A DNA stretch of 64,000 bases, from the sequence record SRR22947727_2503. One strand, written 5' to 3'. The position numbers and the translations under genes are program-made. Position 1 is the first letter of the stretch. Each line of letters opens with the position of its first letter. Positions 44,364 to 54,812 of this stretch are shown one piece after another. The notes under the pieces are model-generated. The model did not search any database and was not told the DNA's origin. It worked only from the letters and a program-made list of their open reading frames with translations.

Positions 44364-45119
44364 ATGGAATTAAAATTACTATATCAATTCACAGTTGATG
44401 AAATCAAAGAGGTAGAAAAAGAATCCTCTAGAAAAAACAAAAAGACTGGTGAAATTACGATTACTAAGAAAAAGGTAAAGGAAAAAGTACCTCTTGAGGT
44501 AAAAATCAAGAAGCCTTCTCGTCGCGAGTTGGAAGATGCTGAGCTTCAATACACCGTCGAAATGAGTAAGTGTATTAAGCAGGGTATCCTCACAAAAGCA
44601 ATGCTTGCAAAAAAATATAGCGATACTGGAGGAGCTTTTACTGAAGAGGGGGAAAAAGAGTATGGCAAGCTATACAAGCAGATTTTAGAGTTTCAGAATG
44701 AATATATCAAACTTGACTCAGCCACCAAACTTGACGCAAAGCAGAAAAAAAGGCTTGAATTCCTAACGGAAGAGATCGCCAAAGTCAAAAGACAGTTGGT
44801 TGAAGTAGAAACAAATCTACAAGGTTTATTTGAACACACTGCTGATGTTAAAGCTCAAAACAAACTCTTACTGTGGTATGGTCTTCATTTAACTTACATA
44901 CAAGGGGAGGAAGATGAAGAGCCTATCCAGTATTTCAAAGGTTCTGATTATGATGAAAAGCTTGAGGATTATTATGAAAAGGAGGAAGAAAACTCCGATG
45001 TTTATCAACAGGTTATTAAACAGGTTTCTACCACACTAGCTTTTTGGTTTTACAACCAAGCTTCTACACAAAAGGAGTTTGAGGAAATCATGGACAAAGT
45101 AGATAAGGGTGAGTTATAG
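44364..45119 (+). CDS. Putative tail assembly chaperone
   Basis: Charged helical protein, KKPSRRELE; upstream of the tape measure gene. Confidence 0.5.
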   Translation: MELKLLYQFTVDEIKEVEKESSRKNKKTGEITITKKKVKEKVPLEVKIKKPSRRELEDAELQYTVEMSKCIKQGILTKAMLAKKYSDTGGAFTEEGEKEYGKLYKQILEFQNEYIKLDSATKLDAKQKKRLEFLTEEIAKVKRQLVEVETNLQGLFEHTADVKAQNKLLLWYGLHLTYIQGEEDEEPIQYFKGSDYDEKLEDYYEKEEENSDVYQQVIKQVSTTLAFWFYNQASTQKEFEEIMDKVDKGEL

Positions 45120-46098
45120 TGACGAATTTTATACCTCCCTTATAGGGGAGATATTTGACGGATACAGCGTCTCGGCCTTTGAGGGTCGGGACGTATTCGT
45201 TAAACACATAAACATAAGAGACCAGAAGTATATACATTCTTATTACGAAAAGTATAAGAATATTGCTTTATCTAAAGGTATCGACTCTCAAGAGGAAAGG
45301 GAGGCTTACATCAAGCAAGAGGACTTGTGGGAGGAGTCCGATGACAGAAAAATCATCTCCCTCGTTGAAGAAATAAAAAATCTTAAAAAAACCAAAGAGT
45401 CTGTATTCTTACCTTCTCAACAGAAGTCTTTTGAAAAGACTATCGAAGAAAAGTCTGTTGAGCTATACAATTTAAACAAAAATAAAGCTGAGATAGTTGG
45501 TTTGACCGCAGAAGGTTATGGCTCCAAAAGGTCTAATGACGAAATGCTTAGATTTTGTATTTTCAAAGATCCTGATTTTATTGAAAACTTACATACTGAA
45601 GATGAGTTTGCGGAACTTGAAGCTCGCGAAGTGTTCTTACTAAATGCTATCATGACAGACACTTCCAACAAGATGTCTGAGGATAATATTAAGCATGCTG
45701 TTTTAAGACCATTCTTTAGCATGTATATTTCAAGCTGTGAAAATCCTAGCGATTTTTATGGAAAACCTATAATCGATCTTTCTGCTTATCAAATGAAGGT
45801 TGCTATGTATAGTAGGGTATTTCATAGTATTTTCCAATACACCGAAGATATCCCAGATAACATCAGGCAAGATCCAGATAAATTATTAGCTTACTCTGAA
45901 AACCAAAGAAATAAAGACTCTAACAAAGGGGGAATAAGAGACGATGCGGATGCTTCAGCTGTGTTTGGGGCTACTAAAGAAGATATGAAGGAGGTAGCTA
46001 AGGATAGCGATTCGGTATCTCTTTCTGATGCTATGAAAGAATCTGGTGGTAAGCTAGACATGAAACAAATGATGAGATTAGCAGGTCATGATGTGTAA
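45109..46098 (+). CDS. Putative tail assembly chaperone (second gene before TMP)
   Basis: 329 aa; FYGKPIIDLS.YQ; adjacent to the TMP. Confidence 0.5.
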   Translation: MSYSDEFYTSLIGEIFDGYSVSAFEGRDVFVKHINIRDQKYIHSYYEKYKNIALSKGIDSQEEREAYIKQEDLWEESDDRKIISLVEEIKNLKKTKESVFLPSQQKSFEKTIEEKSVELYNLNKNKAEIVGLTAEGYGSKRSNDEMLRFCIFKDPDFIENLHTEDEFAELEAREVFLLNAIMTDTSNKMSEDNIKHAVLRPFFSMYISSCENPSDFYGKPIIDLSAYQMKVAMYSRVFHSIFQYTEDIPDNIRQDPDKLLAYSENQRNKDSNKGGIRDDADASAVFGATKEDMKEVAKDSDSVSLSDAMKESGGKLDMKQMMRLAGHDV

Positions 46099-46132
46099 TA
46101 TTAGTGTATATACACACTAAAGGAACAAGATT

Positions 46133-49100
46133 ATGCCCATCAAAGTACCAGTCACACAAACAGGTTTAGAGCAAAGTATTCAAAACGCAGCTAGTAAAGC
46201 TGGGAAGAATCTTAAAATCAATATGGGGCCGGGGGCCAAAAGTGTTGAAGGTTTAACAAGACCTTTGGGGCGATTAACTGGTAAGGCTGATGAGTTTACT
46301 AAATCTATGGAGGCGGCTAACGCCCGTGTTTTGGCGTTCGGTGCATCTGTTGGTGTGATCGCTGCTGTTTCAAATGGCTTAAAGCAGTTAGTTACAACGA
46401 GTATCGAAGTTGAGAAAAGTTTAACTAACATAAACTCTATTCTAAAGCAATCAGAATCTCAACTTAATGGTTTTAAAAACCAAATTTTTGATATTGCTAG
46501 AAATACAGGTCAAACTTTCGATACTGTAGCCGAAGCGGCTTTAGAACTGTCTCGTCAAGGTCTTAAAGCTGAAGAAGTTACCAAAAGGCTTAATGACGCT
46601 CTTGTCCTTTCTCGTCTTTCTGGTTTAAGCGCTGCGGAGTCTGTAGCGGGTTTGACAGCGGCAGTCAACTCATTCTCTTCTGCTGGTCTGACAACCTCTG
46701 ACGTACTTAATAAAATTTCTGCTGCCGCCGCAAGCGCGGCTGTTTCTGATAGGGATTTGATTGAAGGTCTTAAGAGATCGGGAGCAGTTGCTGTTGCGTC
46801 TGGCGTAAAGTTCGATGAATTAATTGGTATTATTTCTGCGCTTCAAGAAAGGACTGCGCGTGGTGGAGCTGTTATTGGTAACTCTTTAAAAACAATTTTT
46901 GTTAGAATACAAGATTTAGATAGGCTAAAAACTCTTCAAACTTTAGGTGTACAGGTTACAGATTTAGGAGGGCAGGTTTTATCCTCAAGTAAAATTATTG
47001 AAAATCTAGCTCCAGTATTTGGTAAGTTAGATCAAGCATCAAAAGTTAACTTGGCTGATAATCTTGTTGGTAAATTTCAAATTGCTCCTTTCCTCGCTTT
47101 GCTGGAGGATTTTAATCAAAAAATCTCTAGGAGTGGAGAAGTCGCCGCGACCTCTTTTAGTGCTACTAATGAAGCTTACGAACGTAATAAAACTCTAAAT
47201 ACGGCTTTAGCAGCCGCTATAAACGCAGCTACTGTAAGCGCTAAAGAGTTAGCTAACGCCTTGGGGGAAATAGGCGTAACTGAAAACTTAACAAAGATCA
47301 TTGGAGTCTTTAATAGTGTGGTATCTAGTATTACAGGTATTTTAGATGGTGATGGAATTGGGTCTAAGTTTGCTAAAGGGTTAATAAAAGGGATTAGTGC
47401 TGTCATCGCTGGACCCGGGTTAGCTTTAGCTTTGCTAGCTATTGGTAAATTGCTTTTAGATTTTGCTAAGTTTGGTTCAGGAGCATTAAAAACTTTCTTT
47501 GGTTTGAATAGAGCTGCTGAAGCTCAGAAAAATTTACAAGGCCAGATAGCGGCATCACTCCTAAACGATAAAGGTATCAGATCTGCCATCTTATCAATTG
47601 AAAAACAAAATATATCTGAGGGGGAAAAGAAAAAACTTCAAACCTCATTCTTCACCAAAGCTTTAAATGAGCAGTTGATGGTCATGCAAAAAATGCAAGG
47701 CATCGCTAGGACTATCGCCCCCGGGGTTATGGCGGGAACAGCCTCAACCCGTGGTGGAAGAAAGGGAAGGGCTGCTGGAGGATTCTTGCCTGTTGGCGCA
47801 GAAAGATCTGACATCTCTAGAGGTGTAGGTGGCGCACCCGCTTCTGCAAAACCCGTTGTTATCCCTAACTTTGCATTTGGTGGTGGTAAGCGTGGGACAA
47901 TGGTTGCTAATAGTAGTGAATATATTGTTCCTAATTATGCTAATGGTGGAGACGCTATCTTTAATCAGAACATGGCTTCTTCAATGGGTCTCCCTTCTAA
48001 TGCTAGGAAGGTGAGGGCGGCAAGTGGATATATACCAAACTTCGCTCAAACGCTTTTAGGTGGTTTTCGTACTGGATTCGGTGCTAAATTAGATAAAAAA
48101 CATAGTAGGTCCGATTTCTTTACAGGCGATAAACCTAAAACAAACGAAATTAGAGATGTTATGGCAAAACATCCTAATAGCCCTGAAGGTAAAAAGTTAC
48201 TGGCATTAAAAAACCGAGAAAAAGATAAAGGCAAAAGATCTTACATGGCTAACCAAAGGCCCAATAAAAGCATCATGCTTATCCCACAGGAAAAGGGGTT
48301 CGACATGAATGCTGCTGATCATAGATTTACAAGCCCATTTAAGTCTAAAAGGAACGGACTAATTGATTTCTTTGAAGGTCCAGCGGCTGGAATTTCTAGT
48401 AAATTAACAGCAAACAGTACAGAAGGTAAAAAATTTAAGAAATTAGTATCTTTAGATGAAGATATAGAGAACGCTATCGCTAAAGGAGTTAATAGCGTAT
48501 TTAGTGACTTTAAAAAAGACGCTAATCACCCAAATATTTTTAAGACTGAGCCTAACACGATTACAGCCGATAATATTAAAAATATAATGGAGAAGGGTGG
48601 CCCGGGCGCACTTGGAGCTGTTAAAGGCGCTACTTTTGAAGCTTTAATGGTAGCTATTACTGGAGGGATAAAGCAGAAGAAAGGTGAACTTGATATAGTT
48701 TTCTCAAAAGATAAAGGGAATATTCTTGATTTAATCTTTGGCATCGGAGGTCAAAACTTTAAATTTGGAGATTTTAAATCCAGCATGGATTCAAAAGATT
48801 CATATGTTAGACAAGTTGTTAATAACGTTAGAGGTAAGGTCATAACAGGTAAAAAAGCTAAAACAGTTAATGACAAAAATGCTGCTTCTGGTTACATACC
48901 TAACTTCGCTGAAGGGGCTTTAGAAAACGCTATTGGCAGAGAAAAAGCTGCTGGTTTACCAGTGAGCCAAATTAGAATCAATCAAAGCGGCAAACTCCGC
49001 AACTCGCAAAACCCAATGGGTCTTGCGGTGACTAACACCCGTGACGAACCTACTGGGGCGGTTCCTAATTTCGCTAAAGGCAAAGGCGGTGACGGTGACG

Positions 49101-52100
49101 GTGGCGGCTCATCAGATATGTTAGCAAAGCTTTTCGCTGTACAAATCGGGTTTACTGGTTTAAGCGCAATGCTTGGAGAAGTAACAGAGAAAAATAAATT
49201 AGTTGCTGGGTCTTTGACTGCTCTTAATACTGTTGTTATGACAATGATGACAGCTCAAGCTTTTGGCGGTTTTAAGAATATAGGTAGTTTTCTTATGGGG
49301 AAAGGCATGGTGCAGGGTGCGGCTGGGAAAGTAATGCCGACGGGAATGACGAAAGGGCTAAGCAGTTTAAAAGGGGGGCTGTTAAAAGCTGGAGCAGGAT
49401 TAGCGCGTTTCGCTGGACCTGTTGGCCTTGTTACTGTGGCAGTGGGCTCATTGACTAAAGCTTATATGTCGGGTTTTGATTCTCTTATGGGGATTAGTGA
49501 GGCAGCGGAACAAAATAATAAAATAGTTGCTAAAGGAGCAAAACATGCCGCTGAAGAATTATCAAAAATTAAAGCCCCAGAAGAATTTAAAGAAAAATTT
49601 GGAAAAAATGCGGAGGATGTTGCGAAAAGAATGGTGCAGCGTCACGCCGATGATATAGAGGGTTTTAGTGACGAAGAACACCTCAAATCAATAGAAACAT
49701 CTATTGCTAATTCTCTTAAAAAGGGGATAAGATTCAGCGTAATGGATTCTCTTACGAGGGAACTCTTTTCTGAAGACAATCGAGAAATATCTGGATCATC
49801 TGTATTTACAGGCGATATCCCCATAGAAGATATTAATGCATTTATACGAAATAATACAGCACGATCTGAAGAAAGAGGGACAACACAGAGCGTTATAGAC
49901 AAACTCGCTAGTCAGATAACTACAGAGGATGTTCAAAGACAAATGGACTTAAGGGAATCTCGTAAAGATATTAAAAGTTTCAATGAATTAAAAAAAATCC
50001 ACGGTAATAATGCTGGTCGTATACAAGACGAACAAGAATTGGCAGCAACGAAAAAATTTGGTGAGAAACATGTCGGCTCACGTATCCTAAACCAAACCAA
50101 AAGATTTACTTTTGACCTTGCGCGAAAGAATGAGACAACTACGCAGTTTGCCAATTTAGCTATGGATCAAAAAATTGCTGCTCAAAAAGAAAAGATGGTT
50201 GCTATAGATAAAACTAATCTAGAAGTAGCTAAGAAAAAGATAGATCACCAATTAAAATTACTAAAGTCCGAGTTTAAATTTGCTACGCAAGCGGAAAAAA
50301 CGCTCGAAAGAGATAAGGAATTTAATATTTTAAGTCGAGAAAAAACTCTAGAGCTTGAAAAGAGGATAGCTTTAAATAAAGTGGAATCAAAATTTCACGA
50401 TGATCAGGTTGAAGCTTTGAGGGCGCAAGCTAAAGAATTGAAGGGGTTAGATGCAGATAATCAAAAAGTTAAAAACCTTCAGCATCAAATCAAAGAACTT
50501 AGTAAAGATGGTATAATAGATCTTGGAGACAGAAAGTTTCTTGAAGCTTCTATACTTGATATAATGCTTACAGGTGGAACTGAGGCAAAAGCTCAATTTC
50601 AATTATTACTGCGAACTTTAGATCTTGAAGGCGATATACTGAAAAGACTTAAAGATCAAACAGAAGAGAAACACAAGCAGAAAAAATTAAACTCAGACGA
50701 TGCAGCAGCCCTCGAAAAGGTTAGAAATAATATACGTTTTGGCGCTCAAGGATTAACTGATGCAAATGCTATAGAATTCGCTAGACTACAAACAAATTTC
50801 AACATAAATACCAGAAGCGCAGGAGAAGAAAGCGAAAGGGCTGCTTTCCTTGGTGAGGACAGCCAGCAGCGAGCTGCTGACGCTAAAATAAGAGCGGAGA
50901 AAGCTGCTTTAGCAAGACAACAGCAAATGCTTATAACTCGGACTCAATTTGAGTCAAGAGCCAAAAATATAACAATACCTGCGTCTGCATCAGTCGCTCT
51001 TGCTAGAGAGAAAGCTCTAACATCACCGTTGTCAGGACAGAGCTTAGTTATGAGTGGGTTGACAGAAGATCAACTTATCCAAGATGGATCGAAATTAGCT
51101 ATACAAGATACTAAAGCTATAGCTGGTGCTAAAGACCCAGTTAATGCCGTACTAGAAATGGGCGCACAGTTTGATAGACTATTGGGCGGCGAGCTTTCAG
51201 AAAATAAAGAAATAGCTAAGTTTCAGGAAGAAACGCGCAAACTTCGAACTGACATGGCTGAAAACTCTCATGCACTGAGAGATAATACAGATGAGTTAAA
51301 ACGCGCACCTTTAACTCTTTCACAGCTTAGTGAATTAAATTTTCAAAGAGCAGATAATTTAGCTTCGTTTTCTAGTGCTGAAGCTGGAGAAGCTCGTCGT
51401 CTTGCTCAAGCTCAAAAAATGGGAGGCAATACTGGACTTAACTTTAGAAGGCTTACTATGGAGCGAGACGTTGGTACAAGGTTTTTTGAACTAATACCAA
51501 CAGATCTTGAAAATGCAGATAGATTAAGTCAAAGTTTAGCAGATTCATCTTTTCAGTTCGCTCACAACATTGGTGACGCAATGTTAGACGCAATTCAAAA
51601 AGGAGAGAATCTTGGAGATATATTACTTGGCACTGCTGCGGATTTCCTCGCCACAATGAGTCGTGCGTTTATGGATAGCGCCGTTAATGATTTCCTTGGT
51701 GGATTTGGTATTGGTAAACAGGCTGGTGGCCCCATCAGGGGTGGCTCAGGAACAAAAGATGACGTTCCAGCGATGCTTATGGGTGGTGAGTTCGTGATGA
51801 ACAAAAAGGCTGTTAAAAAATATGGATCAGGATTCATGGAAGCTTTAAACTCTGGGTCTGTTCGTGGTTTTTCCAAAGGGGGGGAAGCTATGACTGACTT
51901 TTTCAGACCATCTCTCGGAGGTCAATCTATGGATCGTGAAGGGATGTTTACGACCCCGGGCATGAATGGCGCTGGAAAAATTGTTGGAGCTAGAAACCTT
52001 CTTTCTTTCGCTACTCAAACCCCGATAGCTATGAATAGAGATACTATTGATAGTAGTGGAGCATTTCTTGACGCTGAGAGTGGTAGACTTAGTATGTTTG

Positions 52101-53071
52101 GTCGTAGAAACAGTCCTCAGTTCCAGAAGGTTCAAGATGCTAAGCGTCAAGCTTTTGGTCTGTTTCTTAGTGAAATGGACGCTCATAGGCAAGCCGCAGA
52201 GCAACAAAAAGCCAACAAAGAGGGTTTGATGGATTCTCTGAAGGCTGGCGCAATTAGTCTTGCTGCTGGCGCTGCTATGAAGTCTATGGGTTCTGGATTT
52301 AAGGCCGCGAGAGATGCTGGGGCGAGCATTCCTGAATCATTAAAGGCTTCGTTCACAGGGTTTGATGTTGCAGGAACTAGTTATGGAGGTTTAAAGAATA
52401 TATTCTCAGCAAGAGGGTTCCAAAGTGGCCCCCCTCAAGCTCAGATCGTTAATCCAAACGCAGGTTCGCCAGTAAACGCTCCCGCCAAACAGGGATTCTT
52501 CTCAGGTATAGGTTCGAAAATCACAGATTTCGGTTCAAAAATGTTTGAGCCATTTAGGAATTTTGGAGGTGGATCTGGAGGCGGCAACAATGGAGGCTAC
52601 ATTAAAGGAGGCGTACTGCCTCAACAGGGGTCTCAGGGGTCAGCTTTAGACGCAGAAGAATTGATTCGTCTTTTTGGCAGCGTGGGAGTAAACAGAGCTA
52701 CAGGAGGCTTAATCCCTGCTGCTGGAGGAGTTGATACGGTTCCCGCAATGCTTTCAGGTGGAGAGTTCGTCATGAACGCTGCCGCCACAAGGAACATTGG
52801 AGCAGGTAACTTACAAGCGTTGAACTCTGGGGCTGGAACTGGTGATAACACCGATCTCATCTCCAAACTTGATGAGTTAATTATCGCAACCGAGACATCT
52901 CAATCCACAGGAGATATCAACATAACAATCAATGGATCTAACGGAGCTGAAACCGAAACTCAAGGTCAAAACTCTACCGATCAACAGAAGATGCTGTCTG
53001 ACAAAATCAAGACTGCTGTTAAGCAAATAATTGCTGATGAAAAAAGATTAGGAGGACAACTTAGAAAATAA
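46133..53071 (+). CDS. Tail tape measure protein
   Basis: 2312 aa; TP901-like core (ELSRQG, RGGAVIGNSLKTIF); helical repeats; two AxGG..D.VPAML.GGEFVMN motifs. Confidence 0.92.
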   Translation: MPIKVPVTQTGLEQSIQNAASKAGKNLKINMGPGAKSVEGLTRPLGRLTGKADEFTKSMEAANARVLAFGASVGVIAAVSNGLKQLVTTSIEVEKSLTNINSILKQSESQLNGFKNQIFDIARNTGQTFDTVAEAALELSRQGLKAEEVTKRLNDALVLSRLSGLSAAESVAGLTAAVNSFSSAGLTTSDVLNKISAAAASAAVSDRDLIEGLKRSGAVAVASGVKFDELIGIISALQERTARGGAVIGNSLKTIFVRIQDLDRLKTLQTLGVQVTDLGGQVLSSSKIIENLAPVFGKLDQASKVNLADNLVGKFQIAPFLALLEDFNQKISRSGEVAATSFSATNEAYERNKTLNTALAAAINAATVSAKELANALGEIGVTENLTKIIGVFNSVVSSITGILDGDGIGSKFAKGLIKGISAVIAGPGLALALLAIGKLLLDFAKFGSGALKTFFGLNRAAEAQKNLQGQIAASLLNDKGIRSAILSIEKQNISEGEKKKLQTSFFTKALNEQLMVMQKMQGIARTIAPGVMAGTASTRGGRKGRAAGGFLPVGAERSDISRGVGGAPASAKPVVIPNFAFGGGKRGTMVANSSEYIVPNYANGGDAIFNQNMASSMGLPSNARKVRAASGYIPNFAQTLLGGFRTGFGAKLDKKHSRSDFFTGDKPKTNEIRDVMAKHPNSPEGKKLLALKNREKDKGKRSYMANQRPNKSIMLIPQEKGFDMNAADHRFTSPFKSKRNGLIDFFEGPAAGISSKLTANSTEGKKFKKLVSLDEDIENAIAKGVNSVFSDFKKDANHPNIFKTEPNTITADNIKNIMEKGGPGALGAVKGATFEALMVAITGGIKQKKGELDIVFSKDKGNILDLIFGIGGQNFKFGDFKSSMDSKDSYVRQVVNNVRGKVITGKKAKTVNDKNAASGYIPNFAEGALENAIGREKAAGLPVSQIRINQSGKLRNSQNPMGLAVTNTRDEPTGAVPNFAKGKGGDGDGGGSSDMLAKLFAVQIGFTGLSAMLGEVTEKNKLVAGSLTALNTVVMTMMTAQAFGGFKNIGSFLMGKGMVQGAAGKVMPTGMTKGLSSLKGGLLKAGAGLARFAGPVGLVTVAVGSLTKAYMSGFDSLMGISEAAEQNNKIVAKGAKHAAEELSKIKAPEEFKEKFGKNAEDVAKRMVQRHADDIEGFSDEEHLKSIETSIANSLKKGIRFSVMDSLTRELFSEDNREISGSSVFTGDIPIEDINAFIRNNTARSEERGTTQSVIDKLASQITTEDVQRQMDLRESRKDIKSFNELKKIHGNNAGRIQDEQELAATKKFGEKHVGSRILNQTKRFTFDLARKNETTTQFANLAMDQKIAAQKEKMVAIDKTNLEVAKKKIDHQLKLLKSEFKFATQAEKTLERDKEFNILSREKTLELEKRIALNKVESKFHDDQVEALRAQAKELKGLDADNQKVKNLQHQIKELSKDGIIDLGDRKFLEASILDIMLTGGTEAKAQFQLLLRTLDLEGDILKRLKDQTEEKHKQKKLNSDDAAALEKVRNNIRFGAQGLTDANAIEFARLQTNFNINTRSAGEESERAAFLGEDSQQRAADAKIRAEKAALARQQQMLITRTQFESRAKNITIPASASVALAREKALTSPLSGQSLVMSGLTEDQLIQDGSKLAIQDTKAIAGAKDPVNAVLEMGAQFDRLLGGELSENKEIAKFQEETRKLRTDMAENSHALRDNTDELKRAPLTLSQLSELNFQRADNLASFSSAEAGEARRLAQAQKMGGNTGLNFRRLTMERDVGTRFFELIPTDLENADRLSQSLADSSFQFAHNIGDAMLDAIQKGENLGDILLGTAADFLATMSRAFMDSAVNDFLGGFGIGKQAGGPIRGGSGTKDDVPAMLMGGEFVMNKKAVKKYGSGFMEALNSGSVRGFSKGGEAMTDFFRPSLGGQSMDREGMFTTPGMNGAGKIVGARNLLSFATQTPIAMNRDTIDSSGAFLDAESGRLSMFGRRNSPQFQKVQDAKRQAFGLFLSEMDAHRQAAEQQKANKEGLMDSLKAGAISLAAGAAMKSMGSGFKAARDAGASIPESLKASFTGFDVAGTSYGGLKNIFSARGFQSGPPQAQIVNPNAGSPVNAPAKQGFFSGIGSKITDFGSKMFEPFRNFGGGSGGGNNGGYIKGGVLPQQGSQGSALDAEELIRLFGSVGVNRATGGLIPAAGGVDTVPAMLSGGEFVMNAAATRNIGAGNLQALNSGAGTGDNTDLISKLDELIIATETSQSTGDINITINGSNGAETETQGQNSTDQQKMLSDKIKTAVKQIIADEKRLGGQLRK

Positions 53072-53868
53072 TGTTTGGATCAAGATTAAATGACGAAGTA
53101 GCTGTAAATATAAGCTCGTACCATATTTCTGGTATTAGCTCTGTAGACTTATCATACTCTAATAGCGCAAATACTATTAAGCCTCTGGGATCAAGTAGGG
53201 GCTTAACTACTGTTGGCGGGGCTACTCAGCAAAAACTTTCTATCGCTAGGCATCTCATATACGCTGATCCTATTTTAGGTTTTACTGGTTTTTCCAATGC
53301 TATGGATGGTCAAATTGTGTATGGAGGAGCTGCATATGGCTTTAGTAGTGGGTTCTTAGATTCGTATTCTGTCAATTGTGCGGTAGGATCTGTGCCAAAA
53401 GTTAACGCTTCTATTTCTATTTTTGATGAGATGGATTCATCCAATGAAACCATAGAAGACTTAAGTTCTAATGAGTTAACTATCCGCATTCCATCTCAAG
53501 GATCAATTAGCGCAACTTGTAAGGGTTCTACTACAGATAGGGTTATTGGTTTTGATTACGCGATTAAAATGAACAGAAAACCTCATTTCTCAATAGGTAG
53601 TAAAACTCCCGTTTCTGTCGAGCTTATCCCTCCAATAGAATATACAGCTCAGGTTCAAATTGAAGTTGATGAAACTATTCCTGATAATTCTTTTTCTTTT
53701 TTAACAAGCAGAGAGGGCGATACTATTTCTTTTGATATTGATAGTAGGGATGGGATAGATCTTCAAGCGTTAACGATTCCTAATGCCACAGTGGTAAGTG
53801 AATCTATATCAGCTTCTGATAATGGTTCCGCTATTTTAAATATAAATTATATTGGTCATGGGTTCTGA
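53071..53868 (+). CDS. Tail/baseplate protein, tube-fold paralog
   Basis: FLDSYSVNCAVGSVPKVNAS resembles the tail tube segment; follows the TMP. Confidence 0.55.
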   Translation: MFGSRLNDEVAVNISSYHISGISSVDLSYSNSANTIKPLGSSRGLTTVGGATQQKLSIARHLIYADPILGFTGFSNAMDGQIVYGGAAYGFSSGFLDSYSVNCAVGSVPKVNASISIFDEMDSSNETIEDLSSNELTIRIPSQGSISATCKGSTTDRVIGFDYAIKMNRKPHFSIGSKTPVSVELIPPIEYTAQVQIEVDETIPDNSFSFLTSREGDTISFDIDSRDGIDLQALTIPNATVVSESISASDNGSAILNINYIGHGF

Positions 53869-54811
53869 ATTATTCTATAATAGAGACGAAAATATTTCGG
53901 GTATAGTCGTTGAGTCGGCTTATGAAGATCTTAATCTTACGCCTGTATATGGGTCGAAGGTTTCATTTAAATCTAGGGCTTTTCTATATGAGGTGGACGA
54001 TTATCAAATTAATATGATACCATTCTCAATGAATAGCTTAGAGGCTAAGTATGAAGTTAGGTATGACCTTAATGAAACAAATTCTCGTAAGCTAGCAGCT
54101 TTTATTGAAAGCAAAAATGGCACTGAGATGTTTGAAGTTAATATTGACAATAGTGGCATATATAAAAATGTATCTGGAATATCAGATAATTATGCTATCA
54201 ATCATATTAATAATCAACATTATGAAGTAGCTGTATCTTATAGCATCGATCAAGCCCCTAACCTATTCAATTGGTCAGGTATGAATTTTGTCAATACAGG
54301 TTTTAGAAGCTGGGATTCTTCTTCGACTTACAATAAGTTTGATGTTGTATACACAGGGGTAAATAAGAATAAATTAAATAACTATTATTACTGTACTGGG
54401 GATCATGCGTCCAATATCCAAAACTCTCCTACTGGAGAAAATTCTTTTTGGTCGCAAAGATTTTTTTATCGGCCTGATGTTGGATTTCAAAATGATGTGA
54501 CTTTGAAGAATGAGCTTCTTGAGTTTAGGAATTCATTCAAGCAACGAGTGAAGACCAAAGACAACAACGCATCTTTCCTAATCAACTATGAGTTCACAGA
54601 TATATCCGACAGACAATTAAAATCTATGCTTCATTTCTTAGAAAACAAAGCTGGATATAGAAGATTTAGAGTTGATTTAGAATCTGTATATAATCAACCG
54701 AAAGCTGTGTATTGCCCAGAGTGGAATCATACTTGGAAGCATTTCAATTCTCATGATTTATCGGTAACTTTGGTCGAAGATGTTTTAGGTGTAATCCCAA
54801 CAGGAAGTTAA
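53858..54811 (+). CDS. Distal tail / minor tail protein
   Basis: Two repeats of a (L)xxF(I/L)ExKxG...F motif; follows the TMP. Confidence 0.5.
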   Translation: MGSELFYNRDENISGIVVESAYEDLNLTPVYGSKVSFKSRAFLYEVDDYQINMIPFSMNSLEAKYEVRYDLNETNSRKLAAFIESKNGTEMFEVNIDNSGIYKNVSGISDNYAINHINNQHYEVAVSYSIDQAPNLFNWSGMNFVNTGFRSWDSSSTYNKFDVVYTGVNKNKLNNYYYCTGDHASNIQNSPTGENSFWSQRFFYRPDVGFQNDVTLKNELLEFRNSFKQRVKTKDNNASFLINYEFTDISDRQLKSMLHFLENKAGYRRFRVDLESVYNQPKAVYCPEWNHTWKHFNSHDLSVTLVEDVLGVIPTGS

Positions 54812-54812
54812 A

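Noticed and set aside
44364-46098. Programmed frameshift between the tail chaperone genes
   Set aside because: The position fits, but I saw no clear XXXYYYZ slippery heptamer at the overlap and the second ORF has its own GTG start.
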